Shown: piece by piece, positions 1 to 8,207 of the stretch
How the letters are laid out: each line of letters starts with the position of its first letter
Position numbering within the stretch: the first letter of the stretch is position 1
Source: a virus
Lineage: Duplodnaviria > Heunggongvirae > Uroviricota > Caudoviricetes
IMG/VR virus record: IMGVR_UViG_3300014205_000193
DNA: 24,633 bases
Reading direction: 5' to 3' (one strand)
The notes under the pieces: model-generated
What the model was told of the DNA's origin: nothing
Database searches by the model: none
Seen by the model: the letters and a program-made list of their open reading frames with translations, nothing else
Made by a program: the position numbers and the translations under genes

Positions 1-120
1 CCTGTTCCTCTAGCAGCTCCTGTTCTTGCTCCTGTTCCTCTAGCAGCTCCTGTTCTTGCTCCTGTTCCTCTAGCAGCTCCTGTTCTTGCTCCTGTTCCTC
101 TAGCAGCTCCTGTTCTTGCT
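1..120 (+). repeat. Perfect 30-bp tandem repeat x4 (CCTGTTCCTCTAGCAGCTCCTGTTCTTGCT), degenerate continuation to ~167
   Basis: Identical units at 1-30, 31-60, 61-90 and 91-120; no spacers; may extend left of the window. Confidence 0.98.
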
Positions 121-431
121 CCTCAAGTAGTAGCTGTTCCTGTAGCTGTTCTTCAAGTAGTAGTTCTATATCTGGTTCCAGTTTTACCGCTTTAGAACAT
201 GTACAGGCCACAGCCGCATCGGAAACCACAATAAAATTCATACCGGAGTCTGAATTACACAACTTCTTATATAATCCGAAGAAAACTGAATCTCGATCTA
301 TCGTCAACAGAGGCTTTTTACTTGATGATGATGATTTTGATATTATGCGTAAATTAGCTTCTGATAATATTAATTATACTACATTGGGTACTATAAAGTA
401 CCCCGGTATTGTAAACCGTGTTGATACTTAA
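3..431 (+). CDS. 3' end of a gene (5' truncated by window) with Ser/Cys-rich low-complexity tract; probable virion structural protein
   Basis: Frame starting at 3 is open: (CSSSSSCSCS)x4, SSSSCSCSCSSSSS, then a globular tail (ISGSSFTALEHV...YPGIVNRVDT) to TAA 429-431, followed by AAGGA and the ATG at 443. Absent from the ORF track because its start is off-window. Confidence 0.8.
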   Translation, partial: CSSSSSCSCSCSSSSSCSCSCSSSSSCSCSCSSSSSCSCSSSSSCSCSCSSSSSSISGSSFTALEHVQATAASETTIKFIPESELHNFLYNPKKTESRSIVNRGFLLDDDDFDIMRKLASDNINYTTLGTIKYPGIVNRVDT

Positions 432-442
432 AAGGAATACTA

Positions 443-3400
443 ATGGCCACATTAAAAAATTATTCAATAGGAACTAAGAGTGCTTACTTAAGCGGAACAG
501 TGTCTACCGGTGAGGCTAGTAATTTGACAGTATTGATTAGCGGAGGTACATTTGCTGCGGGATGGGGATTAGGAGACGCTATTGTAATTAACGCTAATAC
601 CTACTACGTGGAAGCTAGAATATCGGACTATAAATTATCTCTGCAATCCTGGCAGACCGTGCCTGCGGAGAATGCAGAAACTTTTGTGCTGTCTCGTGCA
701 TTTAGTTCTATATCCAGTTGGGAGTTTGCCACAGGTGGCGATTTAGTTTCCGATGATGAGGCCATCATCGGGGTATGCTACGATGATACTGATTATGTAG
801 AGGATGTTGTAGTAGCGGGGGCCATAACTGATGCCACACACTATCGCACATTGACAGTTGCCACCGGAGATCGACATCTAGGGAGGCTCACCGCAGGTGT
901 CAATATTGACGGAACTTTTATTCTGAATGAAGCCTATTTTGTTTTAGAATGGTTACGTATACACCATGAGACAGCCGATTCTACTGGAGATACTATTATT
1001 GACATTAGTGGTTCTGGAACCTCTAGGTTTATTACCGTTAATAAAGTACTTATACATGATTGGGTATGTGTAGGAAATGACGATTATCTATTTGGTATTT
1101 ATATAGGTGCCGATGGTGGTTGTCGAGTGCTGGATACTGTTATCACTAGATTGTATAAGGACAATCCAGGAGACAACGATAATGGTGGTTTAGGTGGGAT
1201 TATAGTTGATGCCAGTTCCGCAGTTGATGCCAATGTGGTATATAACTGCACAGTCGCTAATTTATACGCAGCATCCATATTTATGAAAATGCAAGGTAAT
1301 ATTGATTTAGGCGGTGGTATTGCTATTTACGATTCTAAAACCATAGTTAAGAATAATATATGCACGGTTAGGCAGTATACTTATGACCAGTCTTCGATCC
1401 CTAATATAGAGTCGGGTGCATTGTCACAACCAGAGGATTACAAATTTGACTTTACCAATGGTGCTAATTATGACAGTGGCTATAACTGCATGCAGGGCGG
1501 CGGCTATTATTTATCAGATTATTTACCAGACTTATGGAGACCAAAAGTAGCTCTTGATTTTTGGTATCGTGTTGCAATGTCTTCTACTGGTCAATACCAA
1601 GTGGCCACTGCCCCTTTCTCCTATGATATAGAATACTCTTCTGATTATGGTGTCACCTGGCAAAATATCACACCTGATGCCACCAAAATATTTTACGCTG
1701 CCTCTATTTCAGAAGATGGACAAACTATTTTGGCAGCGGTGGTATCTTCTGGTTTCTCTAATAAAATACATATTTCTTATGACAGTGGCGTAACCTGGAA
1801 CACTCCCAGTGCCGGTTTAACCAGCACGCAATTCCTAGGTACCGCCATATCTGGTGATGGTATAACCATGGTGCTATGGCAAGTTGAAGGGGCTATGTGG
1901 TTATCACAAGATGCAGGCTATACCTGGAGCGTCATGACCGCCACATGGACAGGTGAGACGGGCGGGTCAGTTGTTTGTCAATTAGCTAGAAAATTCAAAT
2001 CTGTAAAAATATCTACTGATGGGTCATATATATTGGTTACTATCGGGGGTCAGGCCACTGCCCTGAGCACTCCCAATCCTCCGCCTTTTACTCCTTTCAG
2101 AGGGGGTAGATTTTGGGTAGGTGTTTTGGTGTCTGGTTCTTATGAATTCTCAGAAATATATCAAGAAGGGGATAGCACTACAATTTCTGCTAGTGATTAT
2201 CAAAGTGCTGCAATGTCACACTCAGGGCAGCATATGGCAGTATCTTGTCGGCATAATCAGGCATTTTCTGGTTATCCGTGGCAGGCTGGTGGTGTGCATC
2301 CTAATGGTCAAGTTTATTTATCGCATGATTATGGCAGTACTTGGTACAACGCGAAAGCAAATACTCGTAGTTTGGATATATTATCCTCCACTTCTCCAAG
2401 TATCGGTGGTCTTATAACAATACAAACTGCACAGAAACATAGGCTTGTTGATGACATGTGTATTAAAATTACTGGACACACTGGCAACACTAACGCTAAT
2501 TCTATTTGGACGGTGTTAGTTGTTGATGAGTACACGCTAACTTTACATTTTTACTATGCGAATATTATACAGAATTCAGTAAGCAATGCTACCACCGGCA
2601 TTGGTGGTGTCGCTACTGTGGAAAATGAATGGACTGGTTTAGCTATGACTGCCGACGGGCGCACACTCATTAGCGGGTATGGTGCCATTTCTAATGCTTC
2701 TACACCCGGTAGTATATGGAGATCTGATGACTTTGGCCAAACTTGGTACAATGATGAGGATTACAATGCAAAAAAAGATTACCAAAGTTTAGCAATCTCC
2801 GCAGATGGAAAATATATGCTGGCTGCTATTGACACGGACTATCTACGAGTTAAAAAGACTACTACGCTGATGTCCCAAAAAGCAGAGGGTATTTTTGTTT
2901 ACCCGGGGCCAGAAGCAGATATTGGGAGTGGTTTTTATGGTTATGGCTTTCATGCAAAAGATACTTCTTGGTATGGCCTATCGGACGGAGGTCACTACTG
3001 GAAGAACCGTAATCATGTGAGAGATTGGAGAGGTATCGCCATATCTGATGACGGGCAATATCAGGTGGCCGTGTGTGAATCTTCCGGTTTTATATATAAT
3101 TCTAACGATGGTGGTGTTTTTTGGACTCCAGGTGCAATCGCTAGAGAATGGAAATATTGTGCAATTTCTAAAGATGGCAAATATCAGACTGCGGTATCTA
3201 CACCTTCAGCATCTGAGGATACAATTTACAGATCTTCTGATTATGGCGTTACCTGGACTGCTGTACCAGGCTATTCCCTGTCTTGTTTCGCTGTAGCTAT
3301 GTCGGACAGTGGACAATATCAGACTCTTACAACAACTACGGGGTATATACATGTATCCATTAATTATGGTGTGACTTGGGCCACTAAAGCCATATCCGCT

Positions 3401-5050
3401 AATTGGCGTGGTATAGCTATGTCAGGTTCTGGTAAATATCAAACTGCTGGGGTTTCTGACGGTGTGGATGGCAACATCTATATTTCTTTGGATTTTGGTA
3501 ACTCTTGGGCTTTAAAAATAGGTCCTGTTGGAAATTTTCAGCGGGTTAGTATTTCCCAATCGGGGCAATATCAACTGATTGCAGCTCGATGGACTAGCGG
3601 CATTTATGGAGGATATGTATACACTTCCAGTGATTATGGTGTTTCGTGGGCAATCAGATTAAGTGACGCACAAAGACAATGGCAAGGTGCCGCGATGTCT
3701 GCTGACGGTAAACGGCAGTTGCTTGCAGCGGAAGGTGGTAATGTATGGGAGAGTATCGACTATGGTGTGTCTTGGGTAGATGCGGGGATAACACGTAGTT
3801 GGCAGGGTTTGTCGATGTCATCAGACTCTACGGTGGTTGCAGGCATAGTCTATGGCGGATACATACTTACTCGAAATCTTAGTCCTAATTACGTTTATCA
3901 AGCACAGCCAGGAGAGTCGGGCACCATATCATTTTATTACATGGATATAATGGAGATGGTAGCGGGATATACCTACGTGAGTAGTTCAACCTATGGACGT
4001 TTAAAAGAATTAAAACCAGACGGTACCGCCTTTGATGTTAATACGGCTACACGCACATTATCTGTTGGTTCTTTTGATTATGACTATGATAGTGATACTT
4101 TTACACTAGTGGGTGGCAGTCCCGCTGAGTTCGAACTAATATTTGAGATGGTTAATGGCAGGATACAATTTAGAACATCTTACATTAACACGGACTGGGC
4201 AAATGAACCCACACTCCCTACCGGAGGAGGATACACGGCTGATGGCACGTATACCTCTCTAGTAGCGGGTTTTATAACTGGACCCGCCATTCTCCTTGTA
4301 GGTGGTAAGCGTAACAGTGGTTGTGAATACCGGATCACTAACCGAGTTTTAAGTGGGGAGTTGGATTTAAGTTTATCTGCTGCAAGTCCGGCTCTTAACT
4401 CTGGTGAACCTTTATTAGCTGTCCCTGAATTGGCTGTTGATATTACGGGAGCTTTGCGTGATTCTGTATTGTGGAGCATGGGTGCATACCCATACATTGT
4501 TCCAGCACCTCCTGCACCGGGTGATACAGGAGGTCCATTATCTGGTATTCGCGCAAGTGTTGAGTTATACGGACAATTTGAGATTTTAAGTCAGCAGGGT
4601 AATATCTTTTTGATTAATAGTGGTATTTGCTATGATGGTTATGGTAATCGGCTCGTGTCTCGTGACCGTACTCAACTAACACTATCTTTTCCTTCCAATC
4701 TTTCTTCAGATGGATCGCCGTTGGCTGAATATGGTTTTTTATGTGTTAAGCGTAAACAACAAAATCGTCTTATCTCATATATGGAGTTACCAACACCAGT
4801 ACTTCCTGTATTGGTTAATTACGATGTAGACCTTGAATTTTATATATCTGCTGGCGTTTTACAAGTCAAGATCGGAGAAGATTATTACTACTATCCAACT
4901 CTGGATGAGAATGAAGTGATTCCAGGTATTGTACTGGGTAAAGTCTATAAGAATGCCACATATGCACCAGATATGTTGATTTATAGATCTCCTTTAATTG
5001 CTGTTAAGGATGGGACGTATTTAGCAACCAGAGGTTTTAACTTAGGTTAA
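443..5050 (+). CDS. Large virion-type adhesin/tail-associated protein: beta-helix region, ~11-12 Asp-box (BNR) beta-propeller repeats, FCCH-like insert, choice-of-anchor-Q-like motif, C-terminal phage-type domain
   Basis: Repeated S-x-D-x-G-x-T/S-W boxes (SSDYGVTW, SYDSGVTW, SHDYGSTW, SDDFGQTW etc.); VYNCTVANL...IVKNNI beta-helix-like rungs; LSLSAASPALNSG...DITGALR...SMGAY motif; no signal peptide; AAGGA RBS. Confidence 0.7.
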   Translation: MATLKNYSIGTKSAYLSGTVSTGEASNLTVLISGGTFAAGWGLGDAIVINANTYYVEARISDYKLSLQSWQTVPAENAETFVLSRAFSSISSWEFATGGDLVSDDEAIIGVCYDDTDYVEDVVVAGAITDATHYRTLTVATGDRHLGRLTAGVNIDGTFILNEAYFVLEWLRIHHETADSTGDTIIDISGSGTSRFITVNKVLIHDWVCVGNDDYLFGIYIGADGGCRVLDTVITRLYKDNPGDNDNGGLGGIIVDASSAVDANVVYNCTVANLYAASIFMKMQGNIDLGGGIAIYDSKTIVKNNICTVRQYTYDQSSIPNIESGALSQPEDYKFDFTNGANYDSGYNCMQGGGYYLSDYLPDLWRPKVALDFWYRVAMSSTGQYQVATAPFSYDIEYSSDYGVTWQNITPDATKIFYAASISEDGQTILAAVVSSGFSNKIHISYDSGVTWNTPSAGLTSTQFLGTAISGDGITMVLWQVEGAMWLSQDAGYTWSVMTATWTGETGGSVVCQLARKFKSVKISTDGSYILVTIGGQATALSTPNPPPFTPFRGGRFWVGVLVSGSYEFSEIYQEGDSTTISASDYQSAAMSHSGQHMAVSCRHNQAFSGYPWQAGGVHPNGQVYLSHDYGSTWYNAKANTRSLDILSSTSPSIGGLITIQTAQKHRLVDDMCIKITGHTGNTNANSIWTVLVVDEYTLTLHFYYANIIQNSVSNATTGIGGVATVENEWTGLAMTADGRTLISGYGAISNASTPGSIWRSDDFGQTWYNDEDYNAKKDYQSLAISADGKYMLAAIDTDYLRVKKTTTLMSQKAEGIFVYPGPEADIGSGFYGYGFHAKDTSWYGLSDGGHYWKNRNHVRDWRGIAISDDGQYQVAVCESSGFIYNSNDGGVFWTPGAIAREWKYCAISKDGKYQTAVSTPSASEDTIYRSSDYGVTWTAVPGYSLSCFAVAMSDSGQYQTLTTTTGYIHVSINYGVTWATKAISANWRGIAMSGSGKYQTAGVSDGVDGNIYISLDFGNSWALKIGPVGNFQRVSISQSGQYQLIAARWTSGIYGGYVYTSSDYGVSWAIRLSDAQRQWQGAAMSADGKRQLLAAEGGNVWESIDYGVSWVDAGITRSWQGLSMSSDSTVVAGIVYGGYILTRNLSPNYVYQAQPGESGTISFYYMDIMEMVAGYTYVSSSTYGRLKELKPDGTAFDVNTATRTLSVGSFDYDYDSDTFTLVGGSPAEFELIFEMVNGRIQFRTSYINTDWANEPTLPTGGGYTADGTYTSLVAGFITGPAILLVGGKRNSGCEYRITNRVLSGELDLSLSAASPALNSGEPLLAVPELAVDITGALRDSVLWSMGAYPYIVPAPPAPGDTGGPLSGIRASVELYGQFEILSQQGNIFLINSGICYDGYGNRLVSRDRTQLTLSFPSNLSSDGSPLAEYGFLCVKRKQQNRLISYMELPTPVLPVLVNYDVDLEFYISAGVLQVKIGEDYYYYPTLDENEVIPGIVLGKVYKNATYAPDMLIYRSPLIAVKDGTYLATRGFNLG

Positions 5051-5075
5051 TAATATAAAAATAAAAAAATAATTG

Positions 5076-5104
5076 TTGACTTTTTATTGGTTGTAATGTA
5101 GATT
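5076..5104 (+). promoter_or_regulatory. sigma70-type promoter TTGACT-N17-TAGATT with A-rich UP element
   Basis: -35 at 5076-5081, -10 at 5099-5104, A-tract 5051-5072, AAGGAG RBS before ATG 5132. Confidence 0.75.
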
Positions 5105-5122
5105 ATCCACATAACCAATAAA
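5083..5122. repeat. 10-bp inverted repeat TTTATTGGTT / AACCAATAAA bracketing the -10 element
   Basis: Arms 5083-5092 and 5113-5122 are exact reverse complements, 20-nt spacer. Confidence 0.85.
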
Positions 5123-5131
5123 GGAGTCAGT

Positions 5132-5527
5132 ATGAATGAATATCAGCAGCAGGCTACCGATTTTTTAACCACTGCGGGAATGACCTTTAAACCTGTGTGG
5201 TTGAAACATGGTCTTCATTTTGTAGATGATAAGCAAACACGTGATATTTGGATTTTAAAACTTGTCCGTAAATCGGATAAGACAATGCTATCTACTAAAT
5301 TTGGACAATCTATTGCCGCAGGTGGAAAAGCGCCTACCGCGTATGACCTACTGACTTGCATTACTAAGTATGACCCAGGCACTTTTGAAAACTTCTGCGG
5401 TGATTACGGATATGATTCTGATAGCCGAAAAGCGGAGAAGATTTACCAGGGTGTTGTTAAGGAGTGGGAGAAAGTATCTAAGTTTTTCACTGAAGAGGAG
5501 CTTACTGCCCTTGGAGATATCAACTAA
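5132..5527 (+). CDS. Conserved-looking phage protein of unknown function (131 aa)
   Basis: AAGGAG RBS and own promoter; motif PTAYDLLTCITKYDPGTFENFCGDYGYDSDSRKAEKIY resembles a recurrent uncharacterised phage protein (recalled, not searched). Confidence 0.85.
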   Translation: MNEYQQQATDFLTTAGMTFKPVWLKHGLHFVDDKQTRDIWILKLVRKSDKTMLSTKFGQSIAAGGKAPTAYDLLTCITKYDPGTFENFCGDYGYDSDSRKAEKIYQGVVKEWEKVSKFFTEEELTALGDIN

Positions 5528-6077
5528 TACGGTAATTCGCTGCCCAGGTCTCATAGGATGGCCACAGACCTGGGTACGCTTGTCCATTCAATATAAGCCG
5601 CCAAGATTCCCAATCTGACACTACAGAAGGTCCTGGAGGCCTTCCTATACCTGCATTATGTAGAATAGTTTCTCCATGATTTGTGATATCCATTAATAAC
5701 AACATGGATATTTTTCCCGCTTTATATTCTTCAAGCAACCTACCAGCATGAATATATTTATGGCAGTAAGGACATAACCCCACACTGTGCGTATATGTCA
5801 TGGTACCTTTAGCATAATTGATATCGTACATCTCATGTGCTTCTAACCAATGGTTTAATTTGGCATTTAGTTTATACACTCCACATGCCCAGCAGTGTTG
5901 TTTATACTTATTGCAGGCCGCATGTCTTTCAGCATCCCACCAGGCTTGTCCTAGAATGGTGCGAGGTGCGATTCCGTGCATAGGTTTTGGTATCTGCGGA
6001 TGCAGCAAGATTTCAGGCAGGGGATGAAACCCGGGTGGTGGGCGATCTTCTTGACCACTTACAGAGTTAATTTTCAT
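5520..6077 (-). CDS. HNH-like endonuclease with Zn-binding Cys pairs
   Basis: CWAC...LEAHEMY...LCPYCHKYIH: CxxC, H and CxxCH-x3-H pattern typical of HNH nucleases. Confidence 0.7.
   Translation of the reverse strand: MKINSVSGQEDRPPPGFHPLPEILLHPQIPKPMHGIAPRTILGQAWWDAERHAACNKYKQHCWACGVYKLNAKLNHWLEAHEMYDINYAKGTMTYTHSVGLCPYCHKYIHAGRLLEEYKAGKISMLLLMDITNHGETILHNAGIGRPPGPSVVSDWESWRLILNGQAYPGLWPSYETWAANYRIS
5543..5574. other. 9-bp hairpin (CCCAGGTCT / AGACCTGGG, 14-nt loop) at the convergence of the + and - modules; possible terminator or stability element
   Basis: Exact inverted repeat just downstream of the 131-aa stop, inside the HNH gene 3' end; no U-tract on either strand. Confidence 0.35.
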
Positions 6078-6298
6078 GATGGTGCATGTAGGAATCGGAT
6101 TCGCTCATATTCCGAAGTACCTAGGGGTTTAAAATCTCTAAGAGCCTCCTGGATACCGCAATGAACAGCATCTTTTACCACGCCTTGTAGCTCGTAATAA
6201 TATCCGGTATTTCTTTCGGCCACGCCGGTACAATCATTCCACTCGTCAAATATATTCAGCGCCCGGCGCTCAGCGGATTCAATTTCACCTTTAGTCAT
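6074..6298 (-). CDS. Hypothetical protein (74 aa)
   Basis: Overlaps neighbouring start and stop codons (translational coupling); GGAG upstream. Confidence 0.7.
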   Translation of the reverse strand: MTKGEIESAERRALNIFDEWNDCTGVAERNTGYYYELQGVVKDAVHCGIQEALRDFKPLGTSEYERIRFLHAPS

Positions 6299-6816
6299 TA
6301 ATAGACTCCTTCGTCGTAATAGAATCCATTGTCGGAAAAAGGATTGTTTTCTGACGGAACCTTAGATTCAGAATCGTGCGATAGTTGTTTAATCCACATT
6401 GTAAGCGCGGCATCCCAATCCGTGGTGACGCAGGTGACTAGTTTTTGCATGTACACCACATCTGTATACACTTCACTTACATAAATATCAAACCCATTAA
6501 TGGCCGTTAGTTCACGCTCCCAGTGTTTTAGAATGAACCCCCAATCAACAGTAGACCCGTTACGTAATCTAACTTTAAGGGTTTTCATCTCTTCGCACAC
6601 GGCGTCTCGGATACTAACCGGCAATGGTGTTTTGTAATCTTTAAGCTCTCCTTGTGTCTGCTTCTTCGATTTATCTTCCAAAATAAGAGGGCTGATAGTA
6701 GTTTTAATTAAATCTATATTTAATGGGGATAGAGCTGATTCTTGTAGTTCCACAGTAGCCTTACAAATTTCCTGACCGTTAAACAGAACCGGCACTCCAG
6801 TAAATATAGTTCCCAT
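6298..6816 (-). CDS. Hypothetical protein (172 aa)
   Basis: GGAGGG RBS; operon packing. Confidence 0.75.
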   Translation of the reverse strand: MGTIFTGVPVLFNGQEICKATVELQESALSPLNIDLIKTTISPLILEDKSKKQTQGELKDYKTPLPVSIRDAVCEEMKTLKVRLRNGSTVDWGFILKHWERELTAINGFDIYVSEVYTDVVYMQKLVTCVTTDWDAALTMWIKQLSHDSESKVPSENNPFSDNGFYYDEGVY

Positions 6817-6829
6817 CTAACCCTCCTAG

Positions 6830-6979
6830 TTAAGCCGCTGTTTTTTGTTGGTTTTCAATCTTACGCTCGGTTTGCCGCCCAGCCATTGCTTTGTGGGCCG
6901 CCCTATCCGCTTCTGCTTTTGCGATCTGCTGCTGAGTGATTAATCCTTTTTCTAATAAAGCCTCTGCCATTGCGTTCAT
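6830..6979 (-). CDS. Small helical hypothetical protein (49 aa, MNAMAEALLEKGLIT...)
   Basis: GGAG 6 nt before ATG 6979; shorter than the 82-aa track ORF and avoids overlap with the upstream gene. Confidence 0.65.
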   Translation of the reverse strand: MNAMAEALLEKGLITQQQIAKAEADRAAHKAMAGRQTERKIENQQKTAA

Positions 6980-6990
6980 ACGTGCTCCTG

Positions 6991-8139
6991 TTATTTTATG
7001 ATAATGTTCTTTACGATTCTGCCGCCGGCTGTGCGCAGCTCCAGCAGGTACATTCCAGAAGCCGCTGTGGCCTCCCAAGTCAGCTCTCGCGTCCCTGAAG
7101 CCGCACCCTTATACAACTCCTGCACAACCCGCCCCTTAACATCCAACACCCGCACGGTCACGCGCTGCCTCTGGGGTACATTAAACCTAACAGTTGCCTC
7201 ACTAGCCATCGGATTAGGATAGGAGTTCACAGACAGTACTGGGGAAGCCGTGACACGCTCTACAGCAGTTGTGGGCGGTGTCAGACTGTCTTTCCAGGAA
7301 TTCCAATAACCTAAATAGTAGGAGGCTGGTCGAGTCAGGGTTGTTACGCGGAAACCGGCCATCCAGCCTTTGAAAGGTTGCGTGTATTTGAATATGTTCG
7401 AGAGCCAGCTGACCGGGTAAGCATCCCCAACAGTGTCTTTGCCGATACCAATGTATACAGTGGCTGTATATTCCGGTGTGGGTTTAAATGTGCCGGAAGT
7501 GGGTTGATTGATGGCAACACAATAACTATCCTGTGTACACCGCACAACCAGTGTATCGAGTATGCACGCACCATCAACATAAAACATCATACGGTCTTTG
7601 GGAGTCTGATATTTAATGTCTACCGCAATGTAGTGCCATTTGCTGTCATATAAAGATTTCTTATGGGTGGCACTACCTACCACAAAGCGTTGTGGCGTGT
7701 ATATCATAGCTGGCCACGGTTCATAAGTAACCCCATCAGATTCCCGTCTTATAGTTTTCCCATCTTTACTTATTATTAATTTACCAGCACATTGCACACT
7801 TTTGGGTGTGGAAAAAGATAATAGTGTGTGGTCTTCTGTCGGCGGATTAGTGGCCAGACTGGAATCAAACTTAACCCAGACCTCGTAAGCATTACCGCCG
7901 CCATACTTATTGACATGCCATACCGTGGCGGATGTCCACCCGACGGCAGCTATATTCCGAGAGTAACCATGTGGACTGGTGGAGTCCACTGCACCGCCGA
8001 ATGGGTTGCTGAGAACGGGGACACCAGGCGTAAAATAGCCCAGGGCCTTATTATACATTGAGACAGTGTCTGACTCAAATATTAACCTAAGTGGGAACGC
8101 TCCGGCAACGATGAATAAAACGATGAATAAACTTTTCAT
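6991..8139 (-). CDS. Secreted protein: signal peptide, LamG/concanavalin-like beta-sandwich, C-terminal T9SS type-A/FlgD-Ig-like sorting domain
   Basis: MKSLFIVLFIVAGA signal peptide; WHYIAVDI...MMFYVDG LamG-like motif; C-terminus NSYPNPM...VRFNVP...VTVRVLDVKGRVV...WEATAASGMYLLEL...KNIIIK; AGGAGG RBS. Confidence 0.8.
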   Translation of the reverse strand: MKSLFIVLFIVAGAFPLRLIFESDTVSMYNKALGYFTPGVPVLSNPFGGAVDSTSPHGYSRNIAAVGWTSATVWHVNKYGGGNAYEVWVKFDSSLATNPPTEDHTLLSFSTPKSVQCAGKLIISKDGKTIRRESDGVTYEPWPAMIYTPQRFVVGSATHKKSLYDSKWHYIAVDIKYQTPKDRMMFYVDGACILDTLVVRCTQDSYCVAINQPTSGTFKPTPEYTATVYIGIGKDTVGDAYPVSWLSNIFKYTQPFKGWMAGFRVTTLTRPASYYLGYWNSWKDSLTPPTTAVERVTASPVLSVNSYPNPMASEATVRFNVPQRQRVTVRVLDVKGRVVQELYKGAASGTRELTWEATAASGMYLLELRTAGGRIVKNIIIK

Positions 8140-8159
8140 ACAAATCCTCCTTTTTATTA

Positions 8160-8189
8160 AAACTAATATAAAGGATAATTAAAAGTCAA
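8160..8189 (-). promoter_or_regulatory. sigma70-type promoter TTGACT-N18-TAGTTT
   Basis: -35 at 8189-8184, -10 at 8165-8160, T-tract upstream, in the gap before the secreted-protein gene. Confidence 0.6.
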
Positions 8190-8207
8190 CAAAAAAATAA
8201 AAAAAAG

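Noticed and set aside
1-120. CRISPR array, or alternative frames (PVPLAAPVLA on +, EQEQELLEEQ on -)
   Set aside because: No spacers. The Pro/Val frame stops near 193, while the Ser/Cys frame runs to a stop adjoining the next RBS and matches module orientation.
6830-7078. 82-aa version of the small ORF
   Set aside because: Overlaps the secreted-protein gene by 88 nt; ATG 6979 has a proper GGAG.
8109-8131. Short direct repeat CGATGAATAAA x2
   Set aside because: Merely encodes LFIV-LFIV in the signal peptide; too short to interpret.
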